From IMG/VR virus record IMGVR_UViG_3300034073_003340, positions 186,001 through 250,000 of that record: 64,000 nt of DNA. One strand, written 5' to 3'. The notes below the pieces were generated by a model. It was not told where the DNA came from. It searched no databases and saw nothing but the letters and a program-made list of their open reading frames with translations. Below are positions 18,464-27,665 of the stretch, one piece after another (positions within the stretch are counted from its first letter, which is position 1; each line of letters starts with the position of its first letter). The position numbers and the translations under genes are program-made.

Positions 18464-19587
18464 TGACAGAAATCAAATATGAAATCATTAGCGGATCTCT
18501 TCCAGTAAATGTCACGTTGAATGAAGACACTGGAGAGATTATTGGTGATATTGACTTCGCCAACGTTGGTCTAGGACCAGAATGGGTAAGCCCTCCTGCT
18601 GGTAAGCTTGGAGACTTCCTTGAAGGTGATTCCGTCAACATTACCTTCGACGCGAGATATGGGTCCAATGACGAACTTGCTCTAATGGGAGTCGTCAACA
18701 ATGGAACCTTTCTTCCAAGAGGTTTGGTCTTTGATCCTGATACTGGAGTCCTTTCTGGAATCTGTGCTGACCTTTTAGCTGAAGAAGCAATTGGTAATGT
18801 GGATCCCCCAATCTGGCAGACTAGATTTGGTACTCTGGCAATGTATGACGAAGGGGTAAATGCGAACGTTTCAGTAGCCGCTACGGCCCAGGCTGGAAAG
18901 AGCCTTGCTCGATATGCTATTGTGAGTGGCGGGCTTCCTTGGGGCCTTACGCTTGATTTTCAGACGGGAGCAATTACCGGTCTCACGGCTGACCTCAAGA
19001 GCCCAGGTGTAACAATTGAAGTGCCAAAACTTCCTGCCCCAGTATTCGTTCATCCCGCAGGTAATATTGCGACCTATAATGAGGGAGAAACTTTCTCTGG
19101 ATTATTTGTCAATGCTACCCCAGCGGTTGATCGTCAGATGGTCAAATATGTGATCACCAGAGGATTTTTGCCTCGAGGTGTCATCCTCAACACGGTATCC
19201 GGAGAGATTTCAGGAACCGCTGTTGAGATGTTAGGCATAGAGGAGCCACCATTCTTCTTTACTGAGCTTTATCCAACTTTCTCATCAGAAGTTCTGGTAG
19301 ACAGCGTGAGCCAAACATCATCTAATCTTGGTTCATATGCCCGAGGAACGACCGTGTCTGCTCAGTTTGCCGCAACCCCAACGGGTTCTAGAACTATTAT
19401 GACTTATAGTTTGGAATCTGGTGGTCTTCCATATGGTCTTACACTTTCTTCCACTGGACTGATCAGCGGAACAATAAGTAATCAAGCAACGAATAGTGCG
19501 CCATCTGGCACTTACAACTTTACCGTTAGGGTAACAGATAACCAGTATGGTTTTGCTACTCGATCTTTTAACATTACTGTTCTCTAA
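18463..19587 (+). CDS. He_PIG-like repeat virion protein B
   Basis: Five Y....G.LP.GL.L...TG.I.G repeats; TAATG-coupled to gene A. Confidence 0.85.
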   Translation: MTEIKYEIISGSLPVNVTLNEDTGEIIGDIDFANVGLGPEWVSPPAGKLGDFLEGDSVNITFDARYGSNDELALMGVVNNGTFLPRGLVFDPDTGVLSGICADLLAEEAIGNVDPPIWQTRFGTLAMYDEGVNANVSVAATAQAGKSLARYAIVSGGLPWGLTLDFQTGAITGLTADLKSPGVTIEVPKLPAPVFVHPAGNIATYNEGETFSGLFVNATPAVDRQMVKYVITRGFLPRGVILNTVSGEISGTAVEMLGIEEPPFFFTELYPTFSSEVLVDSVSQTSSNLGSYARGTTVSAQFAATPTGSRTIMTYSLESGGLPYGLTLSSTGLISGTISNQATNSAPSGTYNFTVRVTDNQYGFATRSFNITVL

Positions 19588-19596
19588 GGAGTAATC

Positions 19597-20892
19597 ATGG
19601 CAGTTTTTCCTTTTACTATTAGAGCTACTGACTCTGAAGGCTCCTTTGCTGACCGTCAGTTCTCTATCACTGTTCGCAATAGCCGAGTTGAGCGCTTTAT
19701 GGCGGTAACAGGTACTGACGCGTATACCAGCGCCGACGGTCAGTCCTGGGTTTTTAGAGCCGGTATGGGCGGTTCGTCATGCACCTATGGAAACAATATG
19801 TGGCTGATTGGTCCTGTCAGTATTGGTGGTCTACGTCGTTCAACAGACGGTGTGAACTATACATATATTGATCCGGCCTCCATGACCTTTACCCACCTGA
19901 ACGATCCAAGAACTGGAACCAATGCTGCTGGTAACCCAAGCATGTTTCCTAACAGAATCAGCAAGATTCGTTTCTACAATGGCAGATTCTGGTTTTGGCA
20001 GAGCCAGACCTCAAACACGAGCAATAATAGCAGACAATCTCTGAGAGTTTGGTATTCAGAAAACGGTATTGATTGGTTTGGTCGTACGCTTCTTCATAAC
20101 AACAATAGTGCGACTAACTTTGCCAATATTATGACCAACTCAGGTGAGTATATTACTGAAGATAACGGCACTCTGTTCATTGGTTGTGCTGTTGGTCTTG
20201 GTTCAAACACCGATAACCTCCTACATCCTGATTTTGGTACTGGCGGCCCTCCACTAGGTTTCCAATCAACTGACAACGGAAATACTTGGACTCCGGTTCG
20301 TCGTGCCGGTCTTGCTAACTCTGTGGTTTTGTCTGCTCCCAACGTTTCACTCACCAGAGTAAATGGCTTTTACCTTGCCTACGGTATGAATACTAACTTT
20401 GGTTTTGGTAATGGCTCTGCCACCTATGCGTATAGCACTGACGGCAGTAACTGGACACAGGGCGACTTCTCTGTTGGAACTGGTCAGACCAATTCGGCCA
20501 TAACAACCCTTTTGAACGGTACTCGTCCTAACGGTTTCATCTATGCCAATGGACTGATTTATGTCTCTATGGCCGCTACCGCTGGCACCTCTCCCGGTTA
20601 TCTGCCGATGCTGGTAAGTTCTGATGGTATTAGCTGGACTTTGAGAACAAATATTATTGATTTCGGTCGCACAACTGGAACTGGTGCTAACTCAGGCGAC
20701 TGGGGTAGAGGAGATATCATTTATCGTAATGGTATTTTCCTATTGGCTCACCAGGGCGGCGGCTCCGCCGACGTTATCGGGGCCAACGCACTCAGTGGCG
20801 GTCTTCGCTTCTCAACCAACGGTTCTACTTGGACTACGGTAAACCGCTTTGACAATACTGCTACTCTTTTCCTAGACGCAGCAATGATTTAA
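19597..20892 (+). CDS. Asp-box/BNR-type beta-propeller protein C (putative receptor-binding)
   Basis: Seven S.DG..W-type boxes (YTSADGQSW, STDGVNY, YSENGIDW, STDNGNTW, YSTDGSNW, VSSDGISW, FSTNGSTW); N-terminus is an Ig-type FTIRATD...DRQFSITV hairpin. Confidence 0.75.
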   Translation: MAVFPFTIRATDSEGSFADRQFSITVRNSRVERFMAVTGTDAYTSADGQSWVFRAGMGGSSCTYGNNMWLIGPVSIGGLRRSTDGVNYTYIDPASMTFTHLNDPRTGTNAAGNPSMFPNRISKIRFYNGRFWFWQSQTSNTSNNSRQSLRVWYSENGIDWFGRTLLHNNNSATNFANIMTNSGEYITEDNGTLFIGCAVGLGSNTDNLLHPDFGTGGPPLGFQSTDNGNTWTPVRRAGLANSVVLSAPNVSLTRVNGFYLAYGMNTNFGFGNGSATYAYSTDGSNWTQGDFSVGTGQTNSAITTLLNGTRPNGFIYANGLIYVSMAATAGTSPGYLPMLVSSDGISWTLRTNIIDFGRTTGTGANSGDWGRGDIIYRNGIFLLAHQGGGSADVIGANALSGGLRFSTNGSTWTTVNRFDNTATLFLDAAMI

Positions 20893-20897
20893 AGACA

Positions 20898-20928
20898 AAT
20901 GAGCCGGGGTCTATGACCCCGGCTCATT
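20898..20928. terminator. Bidirectional hairpin terminator between convergent genes
   Basis: aatgagccggggtc-tat-gaccccggctcatt, 14-bp perfect stem; tctctgaggg x2 follows. Confidence 0.8.
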
Positions 20929-20951
20929 GCTTCTCTGAGGGTCTCTGAGGG

Positions 20952-21605
20952 TCAATCTCCCTCTTTGGATGCCCGGGCAGCTTCTAGCTCGCTCACTAGC
21001 ACTACACGCTCCGATGACCCGATATTATCACTCCAGGTCATTTTGAACAAGATAGCATCCTTGGGATCAGCAAAATAGAAGGTTCCATTCGTCCAACGCT
21101 GGATCCTATATCTGTCATCATTGTTGATTTGAGGACCAAACTGATCCTCGCACCATTCCTGCATTTGTGTGATATGTGAAGTTGTGAAGCCAGTTCTTCC
21201 TCTGGTTCTTCTAACTGGAATCCTAAAAGCTATCCTATATTTTTTAAAGAACAACTGACTTCTGGTGATGACCTTTTCTCTTGCCATCTGCTCAGTATGT
21301 TGTTTGTCAATTGGCTTTTCGTATTCTTCAAAGTTCTCCTGTCCAATGGTTTCAGACAAGAGATCGAAGATAGCCGGATCTTTGAAGAATACTGTATAGT
21401 GGAGAACTATTGATTTAGATGAAAACCAATCATTGTTAGCGGTAGATTCAATTCCCCTCCACTGGTTTTCAAATTTGGTGTTTAGAATCCACTCGATAAC
21501 TTCCTGAGTTGGAACCTTCTTCTGTTTTTTATACTTTCTAAGCTTGATCACTAGACGGTGATCATATGTCTTAAAATAGATCTTACGAGTAACCAGTTCT
21601 TTCAC
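20952..21605 (-). CDS. Two-domain FKLxW-family protein
   Basis: Domain 1 VFFKDPAIFDLL; domain 2 WCEDQFG...FYFADPKDAILFKMTWS. Confidence 0.8.
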   Translation of the reverse strand: MKELVTRKIYFKTYDHRLVIKLRKYKKQKKVPTQEVIEWILNTKFENQWRGIESTANNDWFSSKSIVLHYTVFFKDPAIFDLLSETIGQENFEEYEKPIDKQHTEQMAREKVITRSQLFFKKYRIAFRIPVRRTRGRTGFTTSHITQMQEWCEDQFGPQINNDDRYRIQRWTNGTFYFADPKDAILFKMTWSDNIGSSERVVLVSELEAARASKEGD

Positions 21606-21614
21606 TATATCCTC

Positions 21615-21872
21615 CTACCAGCGAAGCTTGAAAAGCCGCGCGTCTCGATCGTCAAAGAGGACAACGTGAAATTGAATTCGAGAATATGGCCAATCCAATA
21701 CAGTTTCCGGCCAGTATTGATAACGATCAGGAGAGCAATTGGAGTCAATCCAATCCCCCACTTCTCTGTGATCTTCAAATTCTGAATAATCCAACCAGAA
21801 GTGATGATGGCCTCTCAATAGACCATTTTTATACTCGCTTTTTGGTTTTACGTATTTGATAATGCTTGTCAC
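21615..21872 (-). CDS. FKLxW-family small protein
   Basis: Ends VLFDDRDARLFKLRW. Confidence 0.85.
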   Translation of the reverse strand: MTSIIKYVKPKSEYKNGLLRGHHHFWLDYSEFEDHREVGDWIDSNCSPDRYQYWPETVLDWPYSRIQFHVVLFDDRDARLFKLRW

Positions 21873-21881
21873 ATCACCGTG

Positions 21882-22130
21882 TTAGTAGGTGATGGTTTGA
21901 TTTGTCACTATGTTTTCAAGCACAAAACGAATCGCATCAATTTTACGTTTGAACGAATACCGTAAGTGCTCACCACGTTCAAAATCGTTTTGGTAGACAA
22001 TGGAAACCTGCCTGGGTATCTGTTCACACCAGTCGTTCATCTCCAGCAATTCGTCCGCAGTCGCATCGTAAACATTGACCCAGTAGGGATACATTTCATC
22101 GTCTAACCATAGATAGTAAAAATCAGACAT
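21882..22130 (-). CDS. FKLxW-family small protein (diverged)
   Basis: EMNDWC...YSFKRKIDAIRFVLE. Confidence 0.7.
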   Translation of the reverse strand: MSDFYYLWLDDEMYPYWVNVYDATADELLEMNDWCEQIPRQVSIVYQNDFERGEHLRYSFKRKIDAIRFVLENIVTNQTITY

Positions 22131-22365
22131 AGGTTTTCAGTTTACAAAACACGGCTTCTTTTTTCAAAAGAAAATAGAATCTCTGATTCCAATAACCATT
22201 ACCGTCACTATACATCGCACCAGCATAGAATCGATCTTCACAAAAAATGCGACAGTGACGATCCACATTTATTAGTTCAATTTGAGTTCCCCGACAAACT
22301 AATACGTGCGGAAACGTATAGTCTTCTCTGTCCGATAAGTCCTGATAGGAACACAGTTTCATCAA
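22123..22365 (-). CDS. FKLxW-family small protein (diverged)
   Basis: FYFLLKKEAVFCKLK. Confidence 0.7.
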   Translation of the reverse strand: MMKLCSYQDLSDREDYTFPHVLVCRGTQIELINVDRHCRIFCEDRFYAGAMYSDGNGYWNQRFYFLLKKEAVFCKLKTYV

Positions 22366-22589
22366 TAGCTGAGCTTTATTATCATGGCATTATTTGGGTC
22401 GTTAAAACAGAACCCAATCTGACACCCTTCGCAAATATAGTTTTCTGACTTTATTATGCCAAATGAAATTTCTGATGGGGAAAATCTTTCAAGGATGTCT
22501 CTTTGAAGAGCTTGGATTTCTTCCAAAGACCCTTCAAAGAAAACCCAAATCTGATCGTTTAGGTTGACAGTGTTGGTATACGTTGCCAT
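22362..22589 (-). CDS. FKLxW-family small protein (diverged)
   Basis: FCFNDPNNAMIIKLSY. Confidence 0.7.
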   Translation of the reverse strand: MATYTNTVNLNDQIWVFFEGSLEEIQALQRDILERFSPSEISFGIIKSENYICEGCQIGFCFNDPNNAMIIKLSY

Positions 22590-22930
22590 CAGTCGCAGCC
22601 ACCACCTCCACCGCCGTCAGAACCGCTATCGCAGGAACTTCCAGAGTCGCTATGTGAGCTGCTGTAGCCACCCGAAAACCATGTGGTGTTGATCATCAGA
22701 TCATCAGACAAACTTGACGAACTCGAACGGCGTTTGCTGGTTCTATGTGAACTTCGTTCCTTTACCGATGCGACATCTTTGGCGAATGACCTGCGGTAAG
22801 CAGCTCTTTCTTCAGCTTCAGATCGATGTTTTGCTTGACGTTTTGTCTCTTGATCTTCCGAAAATCGGTGGATGCCGGCAATGACCATTACCACTATACC
22901 CATGCCAACTATAAACCAAAATGCTTCCAT
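22589..22930 (-). CDS. Membrane-anchored protein with Ser/Gly-rich acidic tail
   Basis: N-terminal TM segment; ends SSSHSDSGSSCDSGSDGGGGGGCD. Confidence 0.8.
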   Translation of the reverse strand: MEAFWFIVGMGIVVMVIAGIHRFSEDQETKRQAKHRSEAEERAAYRRSFAKDVASVKERSSHRTSKRRSSSSSLSDDLMINTTWFSGGYSSSHSDSGSSCDSGSDGGGGGGCD

Positions 22931-22977
22931 TATTCACTCCTTTGCCCTAAAGTAAATGAGTGAATTCTAGACGTCAA

Positions 22978-23232
22978 TTAATCGTCGAACTCACTAGGTT
23001 TAGCTTTTTGGAGCACGGGTTCTCCTGCCTTGAGGATCTTCCGTGCTTTTGTGAGTGAACAGTCCTCGCCGCACAAGGTACAGTTGGGTTCTGTGAAGTC
23101 AGCTTTACCACTGTCGATCTCTGCGACTTGATCCCTGAGACTCTCAAAGACCATTAGGGCATCGTCAGTGCCAGCTAGCGTATCAGAGCAGATGGGGCAT
23201 TGGCGCTTGAATCGTGTGTCTTTTACACTCAT
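22978..23232 (-). CDS. Small Zn-finger-like protein
   Basis: CPIC...CTLC pairs. Confidence 0.7.
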   Translation of the reverse strand: MSVKDTRFKRQCPICSDTLAGTDDALMVFESLRDQVAEIDSGKADFTEPNCTLCGEDCSLTKARKILKAGEPVLQKAKPSEFDD

Positions 23233-25016
23233 CAGACTTCCTTCCAACCCTGCCCTTCGAGGTGAGCCTTGACTTCGTCCCAAGTGCCTTCGCTGCTGTA
23301 GCTGAAGCCAGTCTCAGGATCCTCGCCCTTGCGCTTGAAGACATCGTGCGTGATGTCCTCAACATTCCACTCGCCGCCCCACGTAGCCATGAGCTCCTCA
23401 AGCATCGCACTGGGCAGGTCGATGTTGTTGATCAGCTTGCCGTCACGGTCCAGATAGCCCATGAGGATGCGGATACCAGTGAAATCTCGGCGCACGAATT
23501 GGAAACCCAGGCCAGTAATCTGCGCATCGCGCGGGCGGTAGCGGTCATACCAGTGAATATCCAAGGGAAGGTTACTCTTGTTGAGCTCGTAGGTTTCCCA
23601 TACCTCGCGACAGAAGTCAGCCCACTGATCACCACTGTCAGCCTTGATGCGCGCTTCGGCATTGCCCGGAGGTGGAGCCGGAGGGGCCACAGCAGCCGGT
23701 GGAGCCGGAAGCGGGGCAAAGCTGCCCGCACGAGCATTCACCGCCGCAGGACCCATCATAGGGGCTGGGTGACCTGGGTTATGAGGCGGAAAGGAAGGAA
23801 GTGGAGTGGGTTGCGGAACCGGCAGATCATACGGTGGAGGATACGATGCCTCGTCATTGATGATTTCCAGATTCTCTCCTTCATCCTCGTCGTCGATATC
23901 CAGCATTTCGCAAAGTTCTGCGTGGAGATCTTCATCCGTGTAGGTAAAGTAATCGGGCAGGACCGTAGTGCCGTCGTCGAAATATTCATACAGAAGCCAG
24001 ATTGCGTGGCTGCGTTCAAGCGTGACCCAGATGCCGGCCTGAAGCTCTCGCTTGATCTTTTTGTCATCTTCCCATGTGGGATCACACTGGTCGAGCCCCT
24101 TCAATCCAGCGGCTCGTTGCGTTATGAATGCGGCCTGAACCGCAGGTTGGAGATTGGCCAATTCGGGCCATTGGGTGGCCATCAGAGGCAAAGCTGCCTG
24201 CATACCGGGAGCATTGAAGATGCCGCTGGGCGGAAGTGCAGGGACGTTGATTGCGTTCATGTTGGGGATGGGACCCACGGGGGCAACTGGCAGCATTCCA
24301 GTAGGTGTGCCGGGCGGCATGGGCACACCGTTGCCAGGCATCGGAATACCCAGCATGGCGCCGATCTGGCTCATGAGATTGCCCACTGGAGGTGTGGAAG
24401 CCGCTGCGGCTGCGCTCAGGGCACCAGGAGCAGGCTTCGCAACGCCGGGAGGATTCCAACTGGAATCCAGGATCGGTGGAAGAGGTGGATTGACGGGAGG
24501 GGTCGGCGTCTGCGGCGCCGGTCCGTTGCTGGTGTCATTGAGGAAGTCGCTGAGTGACTGGTCGTGCTTGAAACCATATTTGGCCAGCGCGATGTGAACC
24601 TTCAGAACGTTGTCGTAGGGTGACACGAAATCGTTTTCTTGTGCTTCATCGGCGAGGTCGTCGGGCAGACAGTGGAAGAATTGTATGATCCACTGCTGAT
24701 GCTGGTCGAAGACATAACCAGTGCGGCGCCAGCGATCCTGTGGTTCGAACACATAGCTGATGCCAGTGGTAAGACCGTTCATCGTGTCACCGTGCTCGCA
24801 GATGCCATAGACCCATTGATCACGTTCATAGACGCCGCAGTCTTCGTCGTCACCGATTGTATAAACGGTTCGATTCAGCTTGCTGTTGAAGAACTCCCTG
24901 ACATTCTCGCCATTGAGGGCAAACTTCTGAACTCGCTTCCAGTCTTTTTCTGTGGTCGGGACATTGGAAGTGTTGAAGTAGTGAACGATGCGTTCCTTGA
25001 TTTCTGCGCTACTCAT
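23232..25016 (-). CDS. Large hypothetical protein with two Pro-rich linkers
   Basis: Long ORF with GC-rich codons; GGAGATCGAT RBS before ATG 25016. Confidence 0.85.
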   Translation of the reverse strand: MSSAEIKERIVHYFNTSNVPTTEKDWKRVQKFALNGENVREFFNSKLNRTVYTIGDDEDCGVYERDQWVYGICEHGDTMNGLTTGISYVFEPQDRWRRTGYVFDQHQQWIIQFFHCLPDDLADEAQENDFVSPYDNVLKVHIALAKYGFKHDQSLSDFLNDTSNGPAPQTPTPPVNPPLPPILDSSWNPPGVAKPAPGALSAAAAASTPPVGNLMSQIGAMLGIPMPGNGVPMPPGTPTGMLPVAPVGPIPNMNAINVPALPPSGIFNAPGMQAALPLMATQWPELANLQPAVQAAFITQRAAGLKGLDQCDPTWEDDKKIKRELQAGIWVTLERSHAIWLLYEYFDDGTTVLPDYFTYTDEDLHAELCEMLDIDDEDEGENLEIINDEASYPPPYDLPVPQPTPLPSFPPHNPGHPAPMMGPAAVNARAGSFAPLPAPPAAVAPPAPPPGNAEARIKADSGDQWADFCREVWETYELNKSNLPLDIHWYDRYRPRDAQITGLGFQFVRRDFTGIRILMGYLDRDGKLINNIDLPSAMLEELMATWGGEWNVEDITHDVFKRKGEDPETGFSYSSEGTWDEVKAHLEGQGWKEV

Positions 25017-25075
25017 ATCGATCTCCATGAGGATTTGAGTCTTGTGTAGCACCTTGTCCAAAAAGGACAAGGTAA

Positions 25076-25381
25076 TTATGGCAATATAGTGCGAGGAATG
25101 CCAGTCTTTGGATTCATCACTATGAGTATCTTTTTGCGATCCTCAAAAGCGTCGACCTCCACGACCCATGACTCATCATTTTCTTTGGTAACGATGCGAG
25201 CAGTCTTTGTTGGACCATCGATCTTGATCGCAAAGCTAGCCAGAGCAGTGAGTATCTCAAGCGTTCCATAGTCAGCATCGGGTATATGACGCTGTATGAG
25301 ACGCTCGAGGGCGTGGCGATAAGGCTCACGCTGTTTTGCTAAAGCTTTGCGCTGCGCGGGGCTGAGTCGATCTTCTCTCAT
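25076..25381 (-). CDS. Hypothetical protein
   Basis: 101 aa, coupled to neighbours. Confidence 0.7.
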   Translation of the reverse strand: MREDRLSPAQRKALAKQREPYRHALERLIQRHIPDADYGTLEILTALASFAIKIDGPTKTARIVTKENDESWVVEVDAFEDRKKILIVMNPKTGIPRTILP

Positions 25382-25566
25382 CAGTCATTTCGCTTTCGCA
25401 ATTCCAGATCGTTTACATCCAGATCAGCCGCCACACTATTGGTGATCCAGGACTTGAGATACTTGGCCTGAGCAGCATCTGTGCGAATATTCAAAGCTCT
25501 CATCTGTTTGATCACACGAAAGAGGGCAATTTCGTCTGGTGTGATCTTCTCTAGATTCTCCCTCAT
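25381..25566 (-). CDS. Hypothetical protein
   Basis: 61 aa, ATGA overlap. Confidence 0.65.
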   Translation of the reverse strand: MRENLEKITPDEIALFRVIKQMRALNIRTDAAQAKYLKSWITNSVAADLDVNDLELRKRND

Positions 25567-26354
25567 TTGCTATTCTTTGTCTTTTTGCGGAAGGACCATT
25601 TATCCATCCCGTGCTTTGCTAGTTTGATAGAATCGTCTTTGATTTCAATGATATCAGGACCATACGACGCAAGAGTTCCCCCTACCCATTGGCTGATTTC
25701 CTGAAAGGCTGAAACCGGATCAAAGGCTTTCTGAAAGTCCCAGTCTTTGAGATTATCAGAGTTCGCCACATACTCACTTTCTTGTTCCAGCCAGCCCGCA
25801 CGATCGCGATAAAATAGTCGGTTGAAAACAAATGATGTTTCTTTGAACGTCACACAGACGATCTTTTTCTCAAGGAGACACTGGAGAGCATCACCTTTGA
25901 GCTCAAAAGCAGCAAATTTATCTTCCAGTTTGGTATAGCCATGCTCACCATATTGAAAAGAAGAACTGGTGCGCCAACCCCGTTCCTTAAGAAAAGCGTC
26001 AAACTTTTCAGCGTTCCAAAAGCGATGTTCGGTTTTGACCTCATGGTCGCCGGTGCCTTCGATAATAGTCACAAAGACACCACTGTAAACTTTGCCACAA
26101 AAGATAACGATGGGCAAAGAGGCTTGAACTTTCAACCCAGGAGCCAAGTTGCCCTGAGACCATTGGGATCGCGTCTTCCAACTGTCTTCTTCATCAGTAT
26201 CAGGACGAATGACGAATGTTTGTGGAATAAATCGACCGATCCGGTCCATGTCGCCATTGGTGAGACGGAATTCCTTGCGAACGAACACGATCCCAGGGTC
26301 GATACCATAGGCGGCCGCGCTATCATAGTAATCTTTGCCGCCAATAATCCTCAT
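25563..26354 (-). CDS. Conserved-type phage hypothetical protein
   Basis: MRIIGGKDYYDS...KLAKHGMDKWSFRK; GAGG SD. Confidence 0.8.
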   Translation of the reverse strand: MRIIGGKDYYDSAAAYGIDPGIVFVRKEFRLTNGDMDRIGRFIPQTFVIRPDTDEEDSWKTRSQWSQGNLAPGLKVQASLPIVIFCGKVYSGVFVTIIEGTGDHEVKTEHRFWNAEKFDAFLKERGWRTSSSFQYGEHGYTKLEDKFAAFELKGDALQCLLEKKIVCVTFKETSFVFNRLFYRDRAGWLEQESEYVANSDNLKDWDFQKAFDPVSAFQEISQWVGGTLASYGPDIIEIKDDSIKLAKHGMDKWSFRKKTKNSK

Positions 26355-26500
26355 GGTATTTCCTCTATGTCAATATATACCGGCTGAGCAACGTATCCGT
26401 TCTTAATATCTTCCGCAGTCAAAGGAGTGGTGGTGAATTGTTTTGAGTTCGGATTCATCTTATTCCAGAACCACCACCCTATTGCCCTAAGATTGCCCAT

Positions 26501-26812
26501 TTATTGAATGTCCGCTAGCATTTGCTCCACCAGACTTTTGGCTTTTTCCAGTTGATGTTTGCGGTTATCAGAACCCATTTGACCGATCTTCGCATCAGGA
26601 TTCACAAAAGCCCCAATCACCATGTTGTTAGCGACCTTGCCCATTTCAGCTGGCAAATCAAATGCCAGCAGCAGACTTGAAATGGCCTCCATCTGTTGAC
26701 TACACATATCAACCAATTCCGATCTCGGGATCACAACGGCTGAATCGTTGGTTTCGAGGAATTCGTCATTTACCTGAGATTCATCAAGTAAAATCAAAAC
26801 AGGGTTCGTCAT
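26501..26812 (-). CDS. Hypothetical protein
   Basis: 103 aa, coupled to upstream gene. Confidence 0.7.
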   Translation of the reverse strand: MTNPVLILLDESQVNDEFLETNDSAVVIPRSELVDMCSQQMEAISSLLLAFDLPAEMGKVANNMVIGAFVNPDAKIGQMGSDNRKHQLEKAKSLVEQMLADIQ

Positions 26813-27351
26813 TACAAATCCTTCACCAGATCCAAATATGTTTGTTCATCTACGCCTAAGGCTTTTAACCAAGAGTTAAAGTAAAAGTCAAGCTCTGCTG
26901 AACGAGGATGAGATCCTTTGTGATAAATCAGAAAGTCTTTTCGATTTTGAACTTTGTCAGCTATCAACATCTGATTCACTGGATCCAGAGGGCTGGTGGC
27001 TATTGGTCGATCCAATAGCAAAGTCCTATAGTCGTTGTGTGGCCCACCCTGCCACGACTCAATGACAATATCAGATAGGCTGCGGTTGGCCATATTGCGA
27101 TATTCCAAAGCATAGAGGACCACTAATTGATTGAGATCAGCGCATTGGAAAAAATTTGCCTTTAAATCAGCGTCCGCTTGAAAGATTGGATGGACTGCGT
27201 AAGCTTCCATTGTTACCTCGTCGGCACCAATCCTGCGCAGGATCTTAATACCTTGATTGATGTGGTCAATCAAGGAAACGCCAGAGCGCTTGGTTCGTCG
27301 GTCACCATAATGACGAACGATCGCTTGATACCCAGGTGTTTTCTCGATCAT
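26812..27351 (-). CDS. Degenerate HD-domain (SpoT/Mesh1 hydrolase-like) protein
   Basis: R..RSG...IDH...G..IL..IG.D..T..AY..HP...MLIADKVQN; HD replaced by HP. Confidence 0.5.
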   Translation of the reverse strand: MIEKTPGYQAIVRHYGDRRTKRSGVSLIDHINQGIKILRRIGADEVTMEAYAVHPIFQADADLKANFFQCADLNQLVVLYALEYRNMANRSLSDIVIESWQGGPHNDYRTLLLDRPIATSPLDPVNQMLIADKVQNRKDFLIYHKGSHPRSAELDFYFNSWLKALGVDEQTYLDLVKDL

Positions 27352-27665
27352 GGTTTGGGTCCCGTGACTGCCTGAGAAAGGTCAGGTGTAAGCTTGATAG
27401 GTATGATCTTGATGTCATCGTAAGGGATAGGGCTGATCGTCCTATCACTGTGTTGGTCGTCCACTATCTCGATCTCGTTGACGAGAGGATATTTTGCTGC
27501 CTCTTTGATCCAATTTTTGATCACCTTGGCAGCATTTTTCTCACTAGCATAAAGAGCCGGATCATGATGGATGTCTTGAAAATAACGATGGCCACCTGAT
27601 GTGCAGGGATAGTGAAGACCCGTCTCAGGATCCCTATAATAAATGGCGAACTGGGTCATTGTCAT
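27348..27665 (-). CDS. Hypothetical protein
   Basis: 105 aa, overlapping starts and stops with neighbours. Confidence 0.7.
   Translation of the reverse strand: MTMTQFAIYYRDPETGLHYPCTSGGHRYFQDIHHDPALYASEKNAAKVIKNWIKEAAKYPLVNEIEIVDDQHSDRTISPIPYDDIKIIPIKLTPDLSQAVTGPKP

Noticed and set aside
18440-18470. Programmed -1 frameshift joining Ig genes A and B
   Set aside because: There is an in-frame TAG at 18451-18453 in B's frame and no slippery heptamer in the remaining 9 nt.
22589-22930. Ser/Gly/Cys-rich tail as a RiPP precursor
   Set aside because: It is a TM-anchored low-complexity tail of a type I recall as common in phages, and no modifying enzymes are nearby.
23214-24557. 447-aa plus-strand ORF and other long antisense ORFs (for example 11115-11615, 40105-40566, 48945-49520)
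   Set aside because: These are shadows of GC-rich or repetitive minus-strand genes, with no RBS or recognisable motifs.
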